Below, one piece after another: positions 59,487-64,000 of a stretch of 64,000 nucleotides of DNA. Position 1 is the first letter of the stretch; each line of letters begins with the position of its first letter. Made by a program: the position numbers and the translations under genes. The DNA is from Verrucomicrobiota bacterium (GTDB lineage Bacteria; Verrucomicrobiota; Verrucomicrobiia; Opitutales; Opitutaceae), in assembly GCA_023386835.1 (NCBI GenBank), contig JAEWIY010000018.1, positions 14,130 to 78,129 on the forward strand. Reading direction: 5' to 3'. The notes under the pieces were generated by a model that did no database searches, was not told the origin of the DNA, and saw nothing but the letters and a program-made list of their open reading frames with translations.

Positions 59487-59765
59487 ATGGAATTCCCCCA
59501 CTTTATGCGCATCGAGCGGGAGACGGCCGGCGGGGGTTCGCGCCACGTCGTGGTGCATACCCACGATCCGCACATGGCAGTTGAGATCAGCCCCGACGCC
59601 GCGGCCCCGGACAAGGTGGGCCAAGGTGTTATCCGCCGGATCTGCGTGCCCAACTCATGGGGCGGCCAATACTCCCAGTACGCCAAACTCGTGGCCCAGG
59701 CGCAGGCGTTTTTCCGCGCCTCTTTTGCCGAACCGGCGCCCAAGGGGCGCCGGTTTGCGCGTTGA
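59487..59765 (+). CDS. Small hypothetical protein
   Basis: ATG at 59487 (MEFPHFMRIERET...). The track ORF begins at 59442. Composition is protein-like and I recognise no family. It is convergent with the amidase gene. Confidence 0.35.
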   Translation: MEFPHFMRIERETAGGGSRHVVVHTHDPHMAVEISPDAAAPDKVGQGVIRRICVPNSWGGQYSQYAKLVAQAQAFFRASFAEPAPKGRRFAR

Positions 59766-59784
59766 GCGGAGACGGCTTGCAGCG

Positions 59785-60261
59785 TCAGCCGAACTCGGCC
59801 GCGATCGCCGCGGCCAGCCGCTGCCATTCGATCGGGTTCAAATCGTCCTTTCGCGAGGGGGCGATGTGCCGGTGATCCGTCATCCAGTCGAGGGACCAGC
59901 CTTGTCTGGCCCATCGCGGCTGCAGCCACTCGAGCGCCGAGTCGATCTGCTCCTCTGTCAGCGGCTCCCGGTAGGTGTCACCGGCGAAGGAAACGCCAAG
60001 CAGGAACAGGTTGCAGTGCGTGCGTCCTCGAAACGTGGATACACCGGCGTGCCACGCGATCGCCTCGTCCGGCACGAGCCGCGCGCGCAGCCCGTCGGCG
60101 CGGATGAGCACGTGATAACTGACCTGGCTCGCGGGATCCAGCAGCCGCGTCAGGGCGGCGTCGAACGGCAGCACGCTGTGATGAAAGCAGACGCCGCGCT
60201 GCTCATGCCGCGGCTCTGCGGCGGCGTTCGGCGAGCGATGCTCCTCCTCACGAAAGCGCAT
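59785..60261 (-). CDS. N-acetylmuramoyl-L-alanine amidase, Amidase_2 (AmpD/PGRP-like)
   Basis: CFHHS, YHVLI, AWHAG and DHRHIAPSRKDDLNP fit the AmpD zinc-amidase pattern. ATG at 60261. Confidence 0.8.
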   Translation of the reverse strand: MRFREEEHRSPNAAAEPRHEQRGVCFHHSVLPFDAALTRLLDPASQVSYHVLIRADGLRARLVPDEAIAWHAGVSTFRGRTHCNLFLLGVSFAGDTYREPLTEEQIDSALEWLQPRWARQGWSLDWMTDHRHIAPSRKDDLNPIEWQRLAAAIAAEFG

Positions 60262-60274
60262 GGGCCGGAGCGGG

Positions 60275-60646
60275 TCAGAGCCGCCGCCACGCCATGGCCA
60301 ACAGGGAGACCAGCATGCCAATGCGGATGGCCCCCTCGACTGTCAGGATCACCAGCACCCACTTGAGGGAGCAATTGCGCCGGAGTGTGTATCCAGCAAA
60401 CGACACGATCAGCAGGCACACCACCTGGGCGCGGCCAAAACCCGGCACCAGCATCGCCCCCATCCAGGCCCAGTAGCTAAGCAGCGTCAGCGTCCAAAGG
60501 GCCGACCCCAGCTCCGTCGGCCCCAACTCGCGTGGGTCCGCCCCGCGCTCGATCTGTTTGACGCCCAGATAGCGCTCCGCCGCGACCAGCTGGACGCCCT
60601 CGAACAAGAGGTAAAGGGGCGCAAGGTAAACCAGCAGCGGGATCAT
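60275..60646 (-). CDS. Hypothetical 4-TM membrane protein
   Basis: Four hydrophobic segments. It lies 13 nt upstream of the amidase gene. The start codon is 5 nt from the heptamer array. Confidence 0.5.
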   Translation of the reverse strand: MIPLLVYLAPLYLLFEGVQLVAAERYLGVKQIERGADPRELGPTELGSALWTLTLLSYWAWMGAMLVPGFGRAQVVCLLIVSFAGYTLRRNCSLKWVLVILTVEGAIRIGMLVSLLAMAWRRL

Positions 60647-60651
60647 GGGGT

Positions 60652-60728
60652 GATCTCAAATTTGAAATCTCAAATCTGAAATCTCAGTTCTCAAATTTCA
60701 GATCTCAAATCTCAGATCTCAGATTCAA
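60652..60728. repeat. Tandem heptanucleotide array, 11 units, consensus RATCTCA (minus strand TGAGATY)
   Basis: Read directly: gatctca aatttga aatctca aatctga aatctca gttctca aatttca gatctca aatctca gatctca gattcaa. Hand count gives 24 G+C of 77 nt (31%). Confidence 0.95.
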
Positions 60729-60730
60729 GC

Positions 60731-61372
60731 CTACGCGTAGCGTTCTTCCTTCCACGGGTCGGCGCTGTTGGAATACCCGCGCACTTCCCAAAAGCCGAGT
60801 TTGTCCTCCTGCAGGAAGGTAATTCCGCGCACAAACTTCGCGCCCTTCCAGGCGTAGAGCTTCGGGATGATCACCCGCGCCGGACCACCATGTTCACGCG
60901 GCAGCGGTTCGCCGTTAAAGTGCGTCGCGAGGAGCACATCGTCGTCGAGGCACGCCTCCAAGGCCACGTTGGTCGAGTAGCCGTCGTAACCGGTAAAATA
61001 CACGAACTTCGCTTCCGGTTGAGGGTGCACCAGCTCGTAAAGGGTGGTGAACGCCACGCCACTCCACCGGCAGTCGTACTTGCTCCAGGTGGTCACGCAG
61101 TGGAAGTCGCTGACGTCTTCCACCTGCGGCAGTGCGTTGAACTCGGCCCAGTTGAGCGTCTTCGGCTGTTCAATCAACCCGTCGATTGTGAGCGTCCACT
61201 GGTCGAGCGGGATTTCCGGCTGCACACCCAGGTCGAGCACCGGGAAACCGCTGGTTAACTTCTGCCCCGGGGGGAGGCGCCCCTCGACCCGTTCCGGATA
61301 CGGGCGCACGCCCTTCGCCACCTGTTTCTCGGCCCAGCGTTGCTTCGCCTCGATGTAGCGCTCTTTCGACAT
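60731..61372 (-). CDS. Small sulfite-oxidase-family molybdopterin oxidoreductase (YuiH/MsrP-like catalytic domain, no signal peptide)
   Basis: DFHCVTTWS (Mo-ligand Cys), GGPARVIIPKLYAWKGAKFV and about 213 aa. Confidence 0.8.
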   Translation of the reverse strand: MSKERYIEAKQRWAEKQVAKGVRPYPERVEGRLPPGQKLTSGFPVLDLGVQPEIPLDQWTLTIDGLIEQPKTLNWAEFNALPQVEDVSDFHCVTTWSKYDCRWSGVAFTTLYELVHPQPEAKFVYFTGYDGYSTNVALEACLDDDVLLATHFNGEPLPREHGGPARVIIPKLYAWKGAKFVRGITFLQEDKLGFWEVRGYSNSADPWKEERYA

Positions 61373-61409
61373 GCCAGGACGCTAGGGCGCCATCGGTCTC
61401 GCGCAAGCG

Positions 61410-61946
61410 TCAGTCCTCCGGCGGTTCGGCCTGCAATGCCTGTGCGACCGCGTGCCGGCGCCGGAGGAAGAACCACATCATCCCGCCCTGGTAACAAAGG
61501 GTCCCCACAATCAGCAGCCCATACCCGAGCTGGAAGAGCAGGCGTGTGGTTGCCATCAGTTCGTCCCGCGTCATGCCGGCGGCCGCCAGCTTCTGGTCAA
61601 TTTCCGGCGTGATGTGCTGTGCGATGGCATCAGTATCCAGCAGCATCAGACGGACGACCGCATACGCGATCACGACGAGCAGCAGCAGTCCCTGGCTGCC
61701 CACGAGCCAACGCAGGCCGCGCGGTTCTCCCTGGCGGAGGATGAAGACGCCGTGCAACTCCAGCGCTCCGGCGCCGGCGGCGAGCACGCCGGCAACCGTA
61801 CCCGGGCCTTCACGCACCGCCGCGGCCAGCAGGGCGAACACTCCGGCGATCGTGAGCAGCAACCGGCCGTCCGCGGCCGCCAGGCGCAGGACCCGCTGCA
61901 GCACATCCTGCGGGAGAGGGGGAGGGGAGACGATCTTGCCAGACAT
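61410..61946 (-). CDS. Hypothetical membrane protein (about 4 TM)
   Basis: ATG at 61946 (MSGKIVSPPPLPQDV...). The upstream part of the track ORF overlaps hrpA on the other strand and is rejected. Confidence 0.5.
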   Translation of the reverse strand: MSGKIVSPPPLPQDVLQRVLRLAAADGRLLLTIAGVFALLAAAVREGPGTVAGVLAAGAGALELHGVFILRQGEPRGLRWLVGSQGLLLLVVIAYAVVRLMLLDTDAIAQHITPEIDQKLAAAGMTRDELMATTRLLFQLGYGLLIVGTLCYQGGMMWFFLRRRHAVAQALQAEPPED

Positions 61947-61965
61947 CCGAAGAGGAAGGATCAGT

Positions 61966-64000
61966 TTGCGCTTCACGTCCGTGCGCGCGCCAGACCAAAA
62001 ACCGTTTCCCTTCCGCCTCGAGTTCCCTCCGGAGCTTCCGATCTCCGCGCGCGCCGCTGAAATCGTCGACACGTTGCAGAAGCATTCGGTGCTCATTCTC
62101 GCGGGCGAAACCGGATCCGGCAAAACCACGCAGATCCCCAAGCTCTGCCTGGCCGCCGGCGGGGGCACCCGCGGCCAGATCGCCTGCACGCAACCGCGCC
62201 GCGTGGCAGCCCTGTCGGTCTCGCGCCGCGTCGCACAAGAGCTGAACGTGGAGTGGGGCGGGGCGGTCGGCTGCAAGGTCCGGTTCACCGACCAGACTTC
62301 GCCCGACACCGTCATCAAGTTCCTGACGGACGGCATGCTGCTGGCCGAAGTCCAGAGCGATCCACTGCTCCGGGCCTACGACACGATCATCATCGACGAG
62401 GCCCATGAGCGCTCGCTCAACATCGATTTTCTCCTCGGCCATCTCCGGTTGCTGCGCCACCGGAGGCCGGAGCTGCGCATCGTCATTACCTCGGCGACCA
62501 TTGATACGGCCGTCTTCAGTCAGGCCTTTGACGATGCCCCGGTGATCGAGGTGTCCGGGCGCACGTATCCGGTGGAGGTGGTGTATTCACCACTTGATGC
62601 ACTCGGTTCCGATGAGGCGGAAGGGGATGAACCCGAATCGCGGGCGGAAGCGCTTCATTATGTCGATGGCGCGCTGGAAGCCGTGGAACGGGTTCTCGCG
62701 CAGAGCGACTCGGGGGACGTGCTCGTTTTCCTGCCGGCGGAACGCGATATTCGAGAATTGGCGGACCTGCTCGCCGGTCGGGCGCGTGGTTGCGAGGTGG
62801 TGCCGCTCTTCGGCCGGCTCTCCAATGCGGACCAGCAGCGCGTTTTTGCGGCGTCACCACGCCGGAAGATTGTGGTCGCGACCAATATCGCGGAGACGTC
62901 GCTGACGATCCCGGGCATCCGATTTGTTGTCGACAGCGGCCTGGCCCGGATCAGCCGGTATGCGCCGCAGGCCCGCACGCGCCGGTTGCCGATCGAGCCC
63001 GTGGCGCAGTCAAGCGCGGACCAACGCAAGGGCCGGGCCGGCCGCGTGGCAGCCGGCGTCTGCATCCGGCTGTATAGCGAAAAGGACTACCTCGAGCGGC
63101 CGCGTTTCACCCAGCCGGAGATCCAGCGGGCCAATCTGGCCGATGTGATCCTGCGGCTGAAGGCGTACGGGCTGGGCGACATCGAGCGATTTCCCTTCAT
63201 CAACATGCCGGCGACGAAGTCGATTCGTGCCGGCTATGCGTTGCTGGAGGAATTGGGCGCGCTGACGCCGGCGACGCGCGCGGTCGAACCCAGCGGACCG
63301 GCCGCGGCCGAACCGGCGTACGTGCGTGAATTGACGCCGATCGGACGGGAGCTGGCCCGTCTGCCGGTCGACCCGACCGTCGGTCGGATGATTCTGCAGG
63401 CGCGTGTCGAGAAGGCGGTGCGCGAAGTGGTGATCATCGCGGCCGGCCTGAGCATTCAGGACCCTCGCGAGCGGCCGCAGGACAAGCAGGCGGCCGCGGA
63501 CGCCGCGCACCGGCGCTTCGCGCATCCCGATTCCGATTTCCTGACCCTGCTCAACATCTGGGAGGCACTGCACGACGAGTTCGACCGCCTCTCGCAATCG
63601 CGTCTGCGACGCTGGTGCCACGAGCACTTCCTGAGCTACACGCGGCTGCGTGAATGGCGGGACATTTATCACCAGTTAATGGATACGCTGGAGTCGCGCG
63701 ACGGGTTTCGCCTGACGTCGATCTGGGATGGTGTGCCGCCGGAGAAGCAGGATGAGGCGCGGCTGCGTTTTGGCGGCCCGGGTTACCGCGCGATTCATCG
63801 CAGCATTCTGGCCGGCTTGCTCGGCAACGTGGCAACGCTGGACGAGCAGAAAGGGGGATACAAGGCGACGCACGACCGTCGGGTGTCCTTGTTTCCCGGT
63901 TCCGTCTTGTTTCGACGCGAGGAGCGGAAGACGAGTGGCGGCGCACGCGACGAGCGGAAGACCGACAAACGTGGGCCGCGCTGGATCGTGGCAGCCGAGA
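61966..64000 (+). CDS. hrpA: ATP-dependent RNA helicase HrpA (DEAH box), 5' part; continues beyond the window
   Basis: Not in the ORF track because it has no stop in the window. Frame 1 translation gives LAGETGSGKTTQIPK, TQPRRVAA, IIIDEAHERSLNIDFL, ITSATID, VATNIAETSLTIPGIRFVVDSG, QRKGRAGR and, at the edge, WIVAAE. The start is TTG at 61966 or GTG at 61981. Confidence 0.9.
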   Translation, partial: MRFTSVRAPDQKPFPFRLEFPPELPISARAAEIVDTLQKHSVLILAGETGSGKTTQIPKLCLAAGGGTRGQIACTQPRRVAALSVSRRVAQELNVEWGGAVGCKVRFTDQTSPDTVIKFLTDGMLLAEVQSDPLLRAYDTIIIDEAHERSLNIDFLLGHLRLLRHRRPELRIVITSATIDTAVFSQAFDDAPVIEVSGRTYPVEVVYSPLDALGSDEAEGDEPESRAEALHYVDGALEAVERVLAQSDSGDVLVFLPAERDIRELADLLAGRARGCEVVPLFGRLSNADQQRVFAASPRRKIVVATNIAETSLTIPGIRFVVDSGLARISRYAPQARTRRLPIEPVAQSSADQRKGRAGRVAAGVCIRLYSEKDYLERPRFTQPEIQRANLADVILRLKAYGLGDIERFPFINMPATKSIRAGYALLEELGALTPATRAVEPSGPAAAEPAYVRELTPIGRELARLPVDPTVGRMILQARVEKAVREVVIIAAGLSIQDPRERPQDKQAAADAAHRRFAHPDSDFLTLLNIWEALHDEFDRLSQSRLRRWCHEHFLSYTRLREWRDIYHQLMDTLESRDGFRLTSIWDGVPPEKQDEARLRFGGPGYRAIHRSILAGLLGNVATLDEQKGGYKATHDRRVSLFPGSVLFRREERKTSGGARDERKTDKRGPRWIVAAE

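Noticed and set aside
60652-60728. Heptamer array as a CRISPR array or a coding repeat
   Set aside because: The units are 7 nt with no spacers, far too short for CRISPR. UGA or TAA/TAG stops occur in all frames, so the array is not coding. It is kept as a non-coding tandem repeat.

Overview
This is a GC-rich bacterial chromosomal segment that is almost entirely housekeeping. The protein set and gene order look Verrucomicrobiota/Opitutae-like, but that is inference only. Gene order, left to right:
- End of the dcw cluster (murB-ddl-ftsQ-ftsA-ftsZ), then obg.
- A stand-alone T2SSE_N/MshEN-like gene followed by a GspE/PilB-family ATPase.
- A LysE exporter and mnmA.
- A GH13 debranching-type enzyme followed by a GT-C-like membrane protein.
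- gap-pgk-tpiA, a secreted double TonB_C protein, a PAS hybrid histidine kinase and ispA.
- Three small unknown genes, then a split pta.
- murJ and a BASS-family transporter.
- A NemR-like TetR / thioredoxin / NemA module.
- A Tat-signal DUF839 (PhoX-like) protein, rluE and an MDR oxidoreductase.
- rpsO-pnp and dciA.
- An LPS inner-core cluster (GT2, two GT9, kdkA, msbA).
- An Opp-like peptide uptake locus with three binding-protein paralogues and an M28 peptidase but no ATPase genes.
- pyrF-ispD-ispF and ispE, then ptsI.
- A block of unknown membrane and coiled-coil proteins with an AmpD-like amidase and a small sulfite-oxidase-family enzyme.
- The 5' part of hrpA, which runs off the window end and is therefore missing from the ORF track.

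I saw no rRNA, tRNA, CRISPR, transposase, integrase or recognisable defence genes. I do not see a convincing novel multi-gene system.

The most unusual signals are:
- An 11-copy heptanucleotide tandem array (60652-60728) that fills an intergenic spacer.
- Recurrent pyrimidine-rich (CCUCC-like) tracts in place of Shine-Dalgarno sequences directly upstream of many start codons.
- The MshEN-only gene next to an orphan PilB-like ATPase.
- A TM / coiled-coil / Pro-Ala-rich / beta-domain protein (57831-59366).
- An ATPase-less Opp locus fused co-directionally to pyrF-ispD-ispF.

Many long ORFs in the track are antisense shadow ORFs typical of high-GC DNA, and I rejected them.
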